Below, piece by piece: positions 43,186 through 52,719 of a DNA stretch of 64,000 nt. Source of the stretch: a virus; IMG/VR virus record IMGVR_UViG_3300025701_000007, positions 11,694 to 75,693 of that record; one strand, written 5' to 3'. The translations under genes and the position numbers were made by a program. The notes under the pieces were generated by a model. It saw only the letters and a program-made list of their open reading frames with translations, was not told the DNA's origin and made no database searches. Numbering within the stretch: the stretch's first letter is position 1; each line of letters begins with the position of its first letter.

Positions 43186-43818
43186 ATGGATAAGATGATA
43201 AATTTAATCGTATTTAAAATAAGGTATTATCTGTACAATTTATTCGTCAGAATTTTCACCAAAAAATCCAGGAAATATATAATGTTTTTTGTGGGGACCT
43301 ATCCAGATAATTTTAAACATGGTTTAAAACCTATACTAGACAACGATCATCAGATAAAATGGGTTTTTGGCCCAGCATCTATAATACTGATATTCAACTC
43401 AAAGGAGAAGATAAAATATTTGGATAAGTTCTTTAAACGCATGTATTCCGAATATGCAGAATCCTTTTTTCTTTTTGACGTCACAAAAGGCAGATACTCC
43501 AAACATGTCGTCGAGGAATATTATAAACACCTATACTCAGAAGGACCTAAGCAACATAATGACTTAACACTAAATAAGGTACAGTACTTCATAGATATGG
43601 TGTCTAAAGCTAGGGAACAATATATAGACATTTTAAATGAAGAAATAAAATTCGCTAAAGATGTTGAGAACGAGGAAGATGTTGGTGAGGGTAAAAATTT
43701 TGATGTAGATATGAACTTAATAGATGAGATTCTAGATAAGATAATAGAACACGGGTACGACACCCTAACCAATGAAGAAAAAATAATATTAAAAAAATAT
43801 AGATCTAATAATGAATAA
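43186..43818 (+). CDS. Hypothetical protein with a C-terminal DUF6576-like motif
   Basis: IDEILDKIIEHGYDTLTNEEKIIL. Confidence 0.65.
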   Translation: MDKMINLIVFKIRYYLYNLFVRIFTKKSRKYIMFFVGTYPDNFKHGLKPILDNDHQIKWVFGPASIILIFNSKEKIKYLDKFFKRMYSEYAESFFLFDVTKGRYSKHVVEEYYKHLYSEGPKQHNDLTLNKVQYFIDMVSKAREQYIDILNEEIKFAKDVENEEDVGEGKNFDVDMNLIDEILDKIIEHGYDTLTNEEKIILKKYRSNNE

Positions 43819-44617
43819 CAAGATAGACACAACACACTGGATTGACCAAAAAGAGATTAGTCATTACCTACACGAAGTAAGAAAACATCAACCCCTAACT
43901 AGACTAGAGGAACACCTACTATTAAAAGAGATTAGAGCTGGTAAACCAGGATCTAAAGAAAAGTTAATATACTCCAACCTAAGGTTCGTAATAAGTATAG
44001 CCAAGAAATATCAGAACAACGGTTTGAGTCTAAGCGACTTAATATCAGAAGGTAATTTAGGTTTATTAAAAGCGGCTGAGAGATTTAACTACGACCAGGA
44101 TGAGGTTAGGTTCTTATCATACGCTGTATGGTGGGTCAAACAAACTATAATACAATCATTAAACGATAACTCTAGAGTAATAAGATTACCTATAAACGTT
44201 ATAAATGATGTTAGGAAAACGAATAGAGAAATGACTCTAAACTTGACTGAAGAGAAACAAGCTATGGGTAACCATAAATACTCGAACTTACCATCTGTCG
44301 ATAATTTAGATAATAAATACGATGAGGATGGGTTAAGTATTTATGATAAAACAGAGGACGTAACCTCATTAAGACCAGACGATATATATGACAATGAACA
44401 AGCCAATTTAAATCACGCATTAAATAAAGTTTTATTAGAACTTAGTGAGACCGAAAGAATGGTTATAAGTAGGTATTTTGGGTTAGATTGTGATGAGTCG
44501 ACCCTACAAGATATATCGGTTGATTTAAACATAACAAAAGAAAGAGTTAGACAGATAAAAGAGAAGGCTATAAAGAAGATAAGGTTCTATTCGAGTAGTA
44601 TTTTCGAATTATTGTAA
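43811..44617 (+). CDS. RNA polymerase sigma factor, short RpoD/SigA (Bacteroidota-like) type
   Basis: NLRFVISIAKKYQ, DLISEGNLGLLKAAERF, SYAVWW, IRLP and region 4 TLQDI...TKERVRQIKEKA. Confidence 0.92.
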   Translation: MNNKIDTTHWIDQKEISHYLHEVRKHQPLTRLEEHLLLKEIRAGKPGSKEKLIYSNLRFVISIAKKYQNNGLSLSDLISEGNLGLLKAAERFNYDQDEVRFLSYAVWWVKQTIIQSLNDNSRVIRLPINVINDVRKTNREMTLNLTEEKQAMGNHKYSNLPSVDNLDNKYDEDGLSIYDKTEDVTSLRPDDIYDNEQANLNHALNKVLLELSETERMVISRYFGLDCDESTLQDISVDLNITKERVRQIKEKAIKKIRFYSSSIFELL

Positions 44618-44635
44618 TTTTAATTAAAAGTTAAA

Positions 44636-44643
44636 TATTTATA
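44636..44643 (+). promoter_or_regulatory. Putative late promoter motif TATTTATA
   Basis: Ends 4 nt before ATG 44648. Confidence 0.55.
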
Positions 44644-44647
44644 AGAT

Positions 44648-45013
44648 ATGGAAAAGATAAAAAAATTTTTTAGTAAATACGGTTTAATGGCTTTCATAGG
44701 ATTATTATTTATAATGATGATAAGAGGTTGTAGTAAAAACGGTAAAATAAATAAATTAGAGAAAGAGAATACTACCTTAGTTCACACTATTAATGATTTA
44801 ACTGAAACTGTTGATAGTGTATCTAATTCTAGATTAACTGATGAACAGATTAAATTGATTGAGTTAAAGGGTAAATCGGAGGTATTGGATTTTGTTAACA
44901 ACGAAATTTCTAAATACGATAGAAATAAAAGTATGATGGAATTACAATTCGAAGTGATAGGTAGGAAAAAGAATATTGATTCTAAAATAAAAAGTATAGA
45001 AAAAAATAGGTAA
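44648..45013 (+). CDS. Membrane-anchored coiled-coil protein, spanin-like
   Basis: Basic N-terminus, one hydrophobic helix ending IRGC, then a coiled coil. Confidence 0.45.
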   Translation: MEKIKKFFSKYGLMAFIGLLFIMMIRGCSKNGKINKLEKENTTLVHTINDLTETVDSVSNSRLTDEQIKLIELKGKSEVLDFVNNEISKYDRNKSMMELQFEVIGRKKNIDSKIKSIEKNR

Positions 45014-45014
45014 A

Positions 45015-46526
45015 ATGTTAAAATTTGAGCACACTAATAGTATTAATGAGGCTTTGACGCTATCAAAAGTCGTTAAAGATCAATTCAACTCTAATAGAGT
45101 CGTGATAGTATCCGACTTAAACGATTCGAACAAAGCCACGTCCGAAGTAATATCTGTAAAGGATATATTAAAAAAACATGGTTTCATGTGGGATGGTAAG
45201 AATAAACAATGGTGGCTTAATGATAAATTTAAACCGATTGAACAAGTTATAGATATAGCTAAAAAAGCTGTAGCTGAAGCTAATGATAAATTAAACCAAT
45301 CTAACGAGGTTAATGAAATTATATCTAAATTAGAGGATATAAAAGAGTTCATTAAGACTGCACCAGTAGCGGAAGTATCTGACGTTACTAAAGACGATCT
45401 TACTGAAAAGTTACAAGGATTCATAACCGAATTAGCTGAAGAAGTTGACAGTGTTAGGTTGACATCGAAAGTAAAAGATTACTTTGACTTTTTAAGTAAA
45501 TTCCCTAATTATTCGTTTACCAATCAGATACTAATCTACATACAAAATGAAAACGCCACTAAAGTGAACTCCAAAACTGGTTGGTCCAAGTTAGGTTTAA
45601 AACCTAAAGAAGGGGCTAACCAAATATTGATATGGAGACCAACACTTAAACCACCAACAAAAGGTGTGAAAGAAGCTAGGAAAAAAGATTTCATGACTAA
45701 GTTAAAAGGTCCTTTCAATGACGAAAAGAAAGAGCAATTAGCTAAACTATTGAAACAACCAGTGGCATCTATGCCGTTTGTTTTATACCCAGTTTATGAT
45801 ACAACGGACGTTGTAAAAGAAGATGGGTCTGAATACTCAGAACCAGAAAAAGTAGATTTAGAATGGCAAGACAGTACTGAAAATGAGGTTGCTGATAAGA
45901 TATTTGAAGCTATGGTTAAGGTTTACGATGATTACGGTATTGACTTTGCTATAGAAGACTCTAAGAATGGAGAAGGAGGTTACTCAGCTGGTGGTAAAAT
46001 AAGGATCTCAACCAGTACAACAGGTATAAGTAGAGCCTCTGTAGCTATACATGAATTTGCTCACGAGCTAATGCATCAAAGTTTCCTAAAAACTAAAGCC
46101 GAAAGTGGTAAAGATAATAATAAACTAGGTGATAAATCACAACATATATTAGATGCATATGTTGGTAGAGATATATCTGAGGTATTAGAGCTGCAAGCCG
46201 AGTCGGTTGCTTACGTGGTACTTAAGTCTTTTGATGTACCAGGTTTGAAGTACGCTGTAAATTACATAGCGCTATGGAAAGGTACTAAAGATAGTATAAT
46301 AGGTAATCTAGATGTGATAACTACCACAGCCAATCTTGTTATCAAATCTCTAAATAAACATATCGATAGTATGAACGAGATTGAATCAGAATCTGATTTA
46401 CACGGTGATACCGTGACGATGTCAAGTGTGGCTAAATTACTTAAAGCCCCTATAAATAAATCTATAGATGAGATATTTGGTGATATAAACGAAAATAAAA
46501 GTATATTCAAAAACATTATAAAGTGA
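45015..46526 (+). CDS. ArdC-like ssDNA-binding domain plus zincin metallopeptidase, with an N-terminal DUF5710-like domain
   Basis: KDILKKHGFMWDGKNKQWW; YSFTNQILIYIQ...W.KLG..PKEG...VYD; HEFAH at 46050-46064; ELQAESVAYVV. Confidence 0.8.
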   Translation: MLKFEHTNSINEALTLSKVVKDQFNSNRVVIVSDLNDSNKATSEVISVKDILKKHGFMWDGKNKQWWLNDKFKPIEQVIDIAKKAVAEANDKLNQSNEVNEIISKLEDIKEFIKTAPVAEVSDVTKDDLTEKLQGFITELAEEVDSVRLTSKVKDYFDFLSKFPNYSFTNQILIYIQNENATKVNSKTGWSKLGLKPKEGANQILIWRPTLKPPTKGVKEARKKDFMTKLKGPFNDEKKEQLAKLLKQPVASMPFVLYPVYDTTDVVKEDGSEYSEPEKVDLEWQDSTENEVADKIFEAMVKVYDDYGIDFAIEDSKNGEGGYSAGGKIRISTSTTGISRASVAIHEFAHELMHQSFLKTKAESGKDNNKLGDKSQHILDAYVGRDISEVLELQAESVAYVVLKSFDVPGLKYAVNYIALWKGTKDSIIGNLDVITTTANLVIKSLNKHIDSMNEIESESDLHGDTVTMSSVAKLLKAPINKSIDEIFGDINENKSIFKNIIK

Positions 46527-47443
46527 TGGGTGAAAAAGTGAGTAAGAATTTTATAATAGGTACATTCGTTACCCTATATATAATGGTATCGATTATATCA
46601 ACTATACACGTAGTAGACTTCTTTCAATTATCCAACCCAAAGTGGTTAGCGATAACATTAGCAATAGCCTTTGAGATAGGTGCGGCCGCTTCTTTAGCAT
46701 CAATAATAGCACTAAAGAAAATGAACAAAAGTATAGTATGGGCATTATTCTTCATACTAACTGCTATGCAAGCCATGGGTAATACCTACTACGCATATAA
46801 GAATCTAGAAGATTTTCAGATGTGGTCAGAACTATTTGGTTTGGTTGATTACGAACCTATTTTCCAAAAAAGAGTTATGTCGATAGTTAGTGGTGCTATA
46901 TTACCATTAGTAGCGTTAGGTTTTATTAAATCGTTAGTTGATTATATAAGACCAGAGTCTGAAGCGACTGAATCCGACGTAAAAGAAGAGGTTGCTGAGG
47001 AAGTTACAAACCAAGAACCTACTAAAGAAGACGATTATTTTGAACCATGGGACAGATATCACAATGAAACAATGGGTCGAGAAGAACCTATAGATGAGTT
47101 TTACGAACCAATCAACACTGTAGAGTCCAACGAGGAAGATGATTATTGGGATGAAGATCATGCATTAGATATGGTTATGAATGATATGGTATCTGAATTA
47201 GACGACCAAAATCTATCAGATATTATGGACGAAACAATTGACCAAACACATGATTTGGATTGGGTTTATGATTATAATGAAATAGACGAAGAATCTAAAG
47301 AAATTGGGTTTGAATCTGAAGTAGAGGAAGTTGAACCCGAAGTAGAAGAAACTGAACCTGAAGTAGAGGAAGTTGAAACTAAGAAAAAAAATTATAATAA
47401 AATTGATGATACTATAATGGTCTTTAAAAAAGATGAAAATTAA
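46526..47443 (+). CDS. Multi-pass membrane protein (about 4 TM) with a long acidic tail; holin candidate
   Basis: Four hydrophobic segments in the first ~140 aa; TGATG coupling; adjacent to the amidase-like gene. Confidence 0.55.
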   Translation: MGEKVSKNFIIGTFVTLYIMVSIISTIHVVDFFQLSNPKWLAITLAIAFEIGAAASLASIIALKKMNKSIVWALFFILTAMQAMGNTYYAYKNLEDFQMWSELFGLVDYEPIFQKRVMSIVSGAILPLVALGFIKSLVDYIRPESEATESDVKEEVAEEVTNQEPTKEDDYFEPWDRYHNETMGREEPIDEFYEPINTVESNEEDDYWDEDHALDMVMNDMVSELDDQNLSDIMDETIDQTHDLDWVYDYNEIDEESKEIGFESEVEEVEPEVEETEPEVEEVETKKKNYNKIDDTIMVFKKDEN

Positions 47444-48044
47444 TAACGAACATTATTTTGACGATAAAGATCATGTAACTAAAACTAAAGCGAAGAAAAA
47501 ACAAATAGTTTTAACAAATACTGACTGTACTTTCAACGAGTACTTAACTAAGATAAAAACACGTTACAATGGTAAATACACCAGGGTACCGTGTTTTTCT
47601 ATTTCTAAAGAAGGTGATGTATACCAACACTACCCAGTAAACTCTTATAACGAACTGATGTCTGAATACGGTATGGAAAAAAACGTTATAGTTGTAGCCA
47701 TAGAAAATCATGGGTGGTTGAAGAAAGATATGTTAACTGGCGAGTTAGTTAATTGGAAGGGTTCACACTACGAGGGTGATTTAGTTGAAAAACCATGGAG
47801 AGGTAAAAAGATATGGTCTACATATAATGATATACAATACACTAAACTTGCAGAATTAATAGACTATTTATGTTTAAAGCACGGTATTGAAAAAGACTTC
47901 GTGGGTACAAATACTATAATAGATAAACCTAATTACCATAGAGGTATACTTAATAGGAGTAATTATAGTAAGAATTATTACGATTTATCCCCCGCATTCA
48001 ATTTTAAAAAACTAAGCGAATTAATAAATGAAAATTATGGATAG
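47433..48044 (+). CDS. Amidase_2/PGRP-fold protein lacking the Zn-ligand histidines
   Basis: QIVLTNT, FSISKEGDVYQ, AIENHG, YNDIQY..LAELI and RSNY...DLSPAF. Confidence 0.7.
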   Translation: MKINNEHYFDDKDHVTKTKAKKKQIVLTNTDCTFNEYLTKIKTRYNGKYTRVPCFSISKEGDVYQHYPVNSYNELMSEYGMEKNVIVVAIENHGWLKKDMLTGELVNWKGSHYEGDLVEKPWRGKKIWSTYNDIQYTKLAELIDYLCLKHGIEKDFVGTNTIIDKPNYHRGILNRSNYSKNYYDLSPAFNFKKLSELINENYG

Positions 48045-48549
48045 GAGTTTTAATCACGACAAAAATTACGATGATATAAAATCGTTAATAGGTAAAATTA
48101 GAAGTGTCACTTTAAACGAAGAAGAGGAGATTGTAAAAACGACCCCAGAAGAGGTTGGTGACAAGTCTGGTGAGAAAATAAAATTTGATTCGATTAACAC
48201 AATAGGTTATTTAAGTAAATCAGATGACGTTAATCTAGATATGAATGCTTTAGAAGAATCTGTAGGTGAATTTATTAAATCTAGTGGTTTACTATTATCA
48301 TACGTAAATATAAGAGTTGAAATGGGTAGAATCATATTAACATCAGATGTTATAAAAAACCCTTCACTTGAAATGGTTAAAGAAATAATCATAGATACCA
48401 ACGAAGAAGATGTTACTATAGAATTAATATCAGGACCATTGACTTTAAGCGGGGATTTACTAAACTTATTAAAGTTAGTTACTAGAACTTATGACGACCC
48501 TCAAATAGGTAGATCTAATTTGATAAAGGTTAGTCAATCAATTGATTAA
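48028..48549 (+). CDS. Hypothetical late protein
   Basis: ORF track (alternative start 48037); N-terminal DIKSLIGKIRSVTLNE. Confidence 0.65.
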   Translation: MKIMDRSFNHDKNYDDIKSLIGKIRSVTLNEEEEIVKTTPEEVGDKSGEKIKFDSINTIGYLSKSDDVNLDMNALEESVGEFIKSSGLLLSYVNIRVEMGRIILTSDVIKNPSLEMVKEIIIDTNEEDVTIELISGPLTLSGDLLNLLKLVTRTYDDPQIGRSNLIKVSQSID

Positions 48550-48578
48550 GTTAAAAGTGATATTTAAAAAAAACTAAC

Positions 48579-48586
48579 TATTTATA
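48579..48586 (+). promoter_or_regulatory. Putative late promoter motif TATTTATA
   Basis: 16 nt before ATG 48603. Confidence 0.65.
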
Positions 48587-48602
48587 TTAATAAACACTAA
48601 CA

Positions 48603-48953
48603 ATGAAAGTAAAAATAACAGATTCCGAATTAGAAAAATATCTTAAAGAATCATTAATGGAGTTTGAAGGTAAACCATTAGTTAATGAATCTTTAACGGC
48701 TACCGATAAAAGTGATGTTAAATCTATGATTAAGAAGGAGATAAAAGACTTCCTTGAAATAAATCGTAGCTCTCAATTCGAAACCAGAGTAAAAAACATT
48801 GTTAAAGATACTTTTAAAGATACGATTAAGTCTGATAGAGACTTAGAGAATAAAATGGTTGAAGTAAGCAGAAATGTTTTAGTTCAACTATACAAGCAAT
48901 TATGGACCAGAAGAGCTTTCTGGGCAAATGATTTGAAAAACGCAGCTAACTAA
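48603..48953 (+). CDS. Hypothetical late protein, possible head-internal protein
   Basis: N-terminal MKVKITDSELEKYLKE...LVNE. Confidence 0.65.
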   Translation: MKVKITDSELEKYLKESLMEFEGKPLVNESLTATDKSDVKSMIKKEIKDFLEINRSSQFETRVKNIVKDTFKDTIKSDRDLENKMVEVSRNVLVQLYKQLWTRRAFWANDLKNAAN

Positions 48954-51403
48954 TGAAAAAAGAAGATTTATTGAATAAAATTAAAGAGACTATTAAACTT
49001 AATGAATCTGTTTCAGTTGCATCAACATTAGGGGTACCAGGTAGTCCTACATACGGTGGGTTCATAGGACCTTTAAGTATGATAAACAAAAAGAAATTAA
49101 ATAGTAGATTATTTTACACTTGGGCCGACAAGAATGTTAAAAATTCTGACGGTGTGGGTACTGTAGTTGAACCACCACAAGGTTACGTTAGTGAACACAT
49201 ATACAATGCTGAAGGTGGTATGGTTACCGAAGGTGATTTAATTGAATGGTTTGGTGGTGATTTAAAACAAGGTACTGCCTTTAATGGTGGTAAGATTGTT
49301 AGTATCGAACCAAAATGTATGGCATTCCCATATTGCTCACAAGGTGCCACGGATAAACCAATAAAACTTATAGGTGAAACCAAAGAAGATATGTGTGATA
49401 GTTGCTATGATTATTGTAAACACATAGGTGATCAAAGCGACAATACACCAGAGCATATAGCTAAATTAATTAGAGAAAATTATTTAGGTGAAGCAAAAGA
49501 ATTAGGTTTAGATGAAGAATCTAAAGAAAATGTAAAAGAATTAGATGAGTCGATAGAACTCAAAGACACTTTAATAGAAGAGTCAAAAGATATCAATAAT
49601 AATATATTAGAAAATACCGATAAAATGGAGAATGTAAAATTAACGGCTGAAATGGCATCTAAATGCATGGAAAGCATAATGGAAAATAAAGAGTTGGCCG
49701 AATGTATGTATGAAACTCTTATAAAAGAAGGGTTCTTACCAGAAACCATAGAAGAAGGTGAAACTTACGAAAGTGAGTGTAAAAACATGATGGAGGATTC
49801 TGATATATGTTTAGAGATGGTTAAATCTTGTATGACTAGTGTTGACGAGAGTGAGTGTACTAATGAGATGCAGGGTTATATAACAGAATACTGTAAGGGT
49901 ACATCTGAAGGACCTATTGAAGATAACGCTAAAGCTGTTATTAATGAAAAGGGTGAAGATAGATATACATTCTTTGGTAACTTAGAGCAAATGAGAAGAC
50001 AATCTGATATATTATTAGCTCTTGACGAATCAAAAATACAAGAGTTATTAGATAACGGGCATGATTGGGCTCAAGACCACATCGCTACATCTAAAGAGAG
50101 TATGGACCAGGTATTTGATTTCATCATGAATGAAATGGAAACTCCAGAGACTACTGAACCAGAAATGGATAAAATGGATCTTGAAGAATTATCACCATCG
50201 GATATAGTAAACTCTATGAGAGAGGAAAATGAGGAAGTTAGTGTTAAATCAGATTCGCAGCAATATGAAACTGAATTGAGACAATTTAACCAATTTATGA
50301 ACACTGTTGAGGGTAACCTTAATACGGTTGGTAAAATTTTATCACCAGACACTATTAAAGATATGTTCAACAACTACTTTAGAGGTTTTGAGTCTAGCAA
50401 AGAAGCTAACGCTGATGAGTTTATAGACTTCATACAAAAAGGTGGTGAAGAGAATCACTTAGAGTATTATGATAGAATTTTCTCTAAGGGACCTAACCAA
50501 AGTATCTTAATGTTATTAACTTCTCCAGCAAAAAGAGGTTTCTTAGATAAGAGTGGTTTAGATAGAGAAGATAAATTATTAGATGCATTAGACTCATTAG
50601 ATAGCCTAGAATCTAGAATCTCAAAGAAGCGAAATTTCATATCCGATTACATGGATAGAAAAGATAGTAAAGAGATGGATAAATCTGATACTGATACTGA
50701 TTTTTCTGATGAAAAAGAACCTTCTATGAAAGATCTAAAGAATATCGAAAAAATGGGTAACCTAGATATCGATAGCGATGAAGACTTTCTATCAGAAGCT
50801 GAGTTAGCGAAGTTTACACCTATAAAAGGTAAATTCGTTGATTCTGAAAATGATACTAATTCTAAAAAAGAAAATACTGAAGGTATTGAAGACGCTGAAG
50901 ATTCTCAAGAATCTACAGAAGAGAAAGTAGATGATTTAAAAAATCAGAAATTTTCACCTAACATGGAAACCGAATCTGAAAAAGAGGCTAAAGAATCATC
51001 TTTAGGTTATAAAAACGCTTTGAATTTAGATTACGATAACGAACCTAGTGAGGAATACAAAGATAGAGTTGAAATGGAGGTTAAAACTGGACACTCTTTA
51101 AAAAGAGATGAAAAGACCTTAGGAGCCGAAGCTAACATAGATAATGAAAGTGAGGCTGGTGAAAAAATATGGGACGCATCTAAAGAAAACCAAGAGAACG
51201 CTGATAAAGATTACACTTCTAAACCTGTATCTGTAGAAGACGAGGAAGAAAAAGAGGGTAGTAATAAAATCAATGAGGAATTGGATAAGATGAAGAAAAT
51301 GTTTTCTTACGACCAAAGCGTTATCGATGTAGAGAGAAAAACTAGATTAGTTAACGAAAACGATATATTCATTACTAATGTTAGTAAGAAGAAAATGTTA
51401 TAA
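48953..51403 (+). CDS. Large acidic mosaic protein, possible head-internal protein
   Basis: KCMAFPYCSQG, a Cys/Met-rich middle, an HDWAQDHIATSKESMDQVFDF module and C-terminal INEELDKMKKMFSY. Confidence 0.65.
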   Translation: MKKEDLLNKIKETIKLNESVSVASTLGVPGSPTYGGFIGPLSMINKKKLNSRLFYTWADKNVKNSDGVGTVVEPPQGYVSEHIYNAEGGMVTEGDLIEWFGGDLKQGTAFNGGKIVSIEPKCMAFPYCSQGATDKPIKLIGETKEDMCDSCYDYCKHIGDQSDNTPEHIAKLIRENYLGEAKELGLDEESKENVKELDESIELKDTLIEESKDINNNILENTDKMENVKLTAEMASKCMESIMENKELAECMYETLIKEGFLPETIEEGETYESECKNMMEDSDICLEMVKSCMTSVDESECTNEMQGYITEYCKGTSEGPIEDNAKAVINEKGEDRYTFFGNLEQMRRQSDILLALDESKIQELLDNGHDWAQDHIATSKESMDQVFDFIMNEMETPETTEPEMDKMDLEELSPSDIVNSMREENEEVSVKSDSQQYETELRQFNQFMNTVEGNLNTVGKILSPDTIKDMFNNYFRGFESSKEANADEFIDFIQKGGEENHLEYYDRIFSKGPNQSILMLLTSPAKRGFLDKSGLDREDKLLDALDSLDSLESRISKKRNFISDYMDRKDSKEMDKSDTDTDFSDEKEPSMKDLKNIEKMGNLDIDSDEDFLSEAELAKFTPIKGKFVDSENDTNSKKENTEGIEDAEDSQESTEEKVDDLKNQKFSPNMETESEKEAKESSLGYKNALNLDYDNEPSEEYKDRVEMEVKTGHSLKRDEKTLGAEANIDNESEAGEKIWDASKENQENADKDYTSKPVSVEDEEEKEGSNKINEELDKMKKMFSYDQSVIDVERKTRLVNENDIFITNVSKKKML

Positions 51404-51428
51404 ATAATAATTTAAATATAAACATTAA

Positions 51429-51464
51429 AATAAGGACTTCTTACTAAAGAGGTCCTTATTTATT
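51429..51464 (+). terminator. Rho-independent terminator
   Basis: AATAAGGACTTCTT/AAGAGGTCCTTATT stem (one G-U pair) after the 816-aa gene. Confidence 0.75.
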
Positions 51465-51468
51465 ATAT

Positions 51469-51942
51469 ATGAACAATAACAGGTTACATAAACTAATGGA
51501 TTACTTCTCCAAAGAACTTAGCTCGGAACAAATAAGTTATTTAAACGCTATCAACAATATAACCTCCGATAGATCCGACCTGTTTAAAGAATTTGCAACT
51601 TCTCTAACGTATATAATTACCGACACTTACTTAGGTGATGACACCATATTCGATGAAGAAACTAAGTTAGTCCACTTCAACTGGTGCTGGGATACCAACA
51701 TAAAGAATTTTAAGGAAGAAAATATTTGTATACAATCCAAGGGTGAGCATTACTATTATTTTTTAAATTATTTTGATGATGTATTTTATGACAACCCTAA
51801 AAAGAATGGCGAATTAACTGAGAGATTAATATATTCCTGGGAAGAATCTATAAATATAGATAGACCAAAGACCAAATCTGATTACGATCTATTCTGTGAG
51901 ATATTTAAGACTATAGACAAATATTTTTTGAAGAATCATTGA
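51469..51942 (+). CDS. Hypothetical protein
   Basis: ORF track; DTYLGDD and HFNWCW motifs. Confidence 0.7.
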   Translation: MNNNRLHKLMDYFSKELSSEQISYLNAINNITSDRSDLFKEFATSLTYIITDTYLGDDTIFDEETKLVHFNWCWDTNIKNFKEENICIQSKGEHYYYFLNYFDDVFYDNPKKNGELTERLIYSWEESINIDRPKTKSDYDLFCEIFKTIDKYFLKNH

Positions 51943-51969
51943 TAATACGAGATATTATCACTACTTTTA
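51938..51969 (+). promoter_or_regulatory. Bacteroidota sigmaA-type promoter variant
   Basis: ATTG-N20-TACTTTTA before ATG 51982. Confidence 0.5.
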
Positions 51970-51981
51970 TAAAAAAAACAT

Positions 51982-52191
51982 ATGGAAGTAGTTATATCAT
52001 TATTAAATAAGTTAACCTTACTATTATTAATACTATCAGTATTAGTGGTAATTAGACATGTATTCCTTTTATTTAGGAATGTCATTAGTTCCGAACCAAA
52101 AAAGTACACTTTAACTAAATCAGAGTTAATCTATTTAGGTTTATCGATTTCCTACACAATAACATGTGTTATAAAAGGTATTATATTATGA
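51982..52191 (+). CDS. Small two-TM membrane protein
   Basis: Two hydrophobic helices in 69 aa. Confidence 0.65.
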   Translation: MEVVISLLNKLTLLLLILSVLVVIRHVFLLFRNVISSEPKKYTLTKSELIYLGLSISYTITCVIKGIIL

Positions 52192-52718
52192 GATTAGATC
52201 AAATGTTCGAAAAGTACCCAGAGAACCTTATAGGTTTTAGGGTAAACAAAGGGGTTAAAATTATTGATTATTGGTTAAACCCGAAATGGAATATACTAGA
52301 TGAGTATATAAGTGAAGGTATTGAAATAAAGAAACAGAAAGTTTCTGAAGATAACGGGTTCAATTATTACGTTATGTATAGTCAAACAGAGTCCTTAGAG
52401 GGCCTATACAATATATTGGTTAAAATTATTGAGTATAATATTAACCTGGAAAAGAAACAAGAATTGTTTAACCAGAAAATAAACGAACTTAAAGATATAT
52501 TCGGTAAATTAGATTATGATGAACTAACTTCATTATCTTTTGATACCCCACTACTTCTTGGTACACCAGATGTTAGCGTCTCTAAAAACGGTGATATTGA
52601 ATCTGATGATCAAGAAATTGAGGTAATTGAAACAGAACCTGATACTGAAAATGTTGTTAATGAAGCAGAGGGGGTAGATGAAGCAGAGGAAGTGGTAGAA
52701 GAATCTAACGTTGCTTAA
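52188..52718 (+). CDS. Hypothetical protein with a coiled coil and acidic tail
   Basis: ATG 52188 overlaps the previous stop (ATGA). Confidence 0.65.
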   Translation: MRLDQMFEKYPENLIGFRVNKGVKIIDYWLNPKWNILDEYISEGIEIKKQKVSEDNGFNYYVMYSQTESLEGLYNILVKIIEYNINLEKKQELFNQKINELKDIFGKLDYDELTSLSFDTPLLLGTPDVSVSKNGDIESDDQEIEVIETEPDTENVVNEAEGVDEAEEVVEESNVA

Positions 52719-52719
52719 T

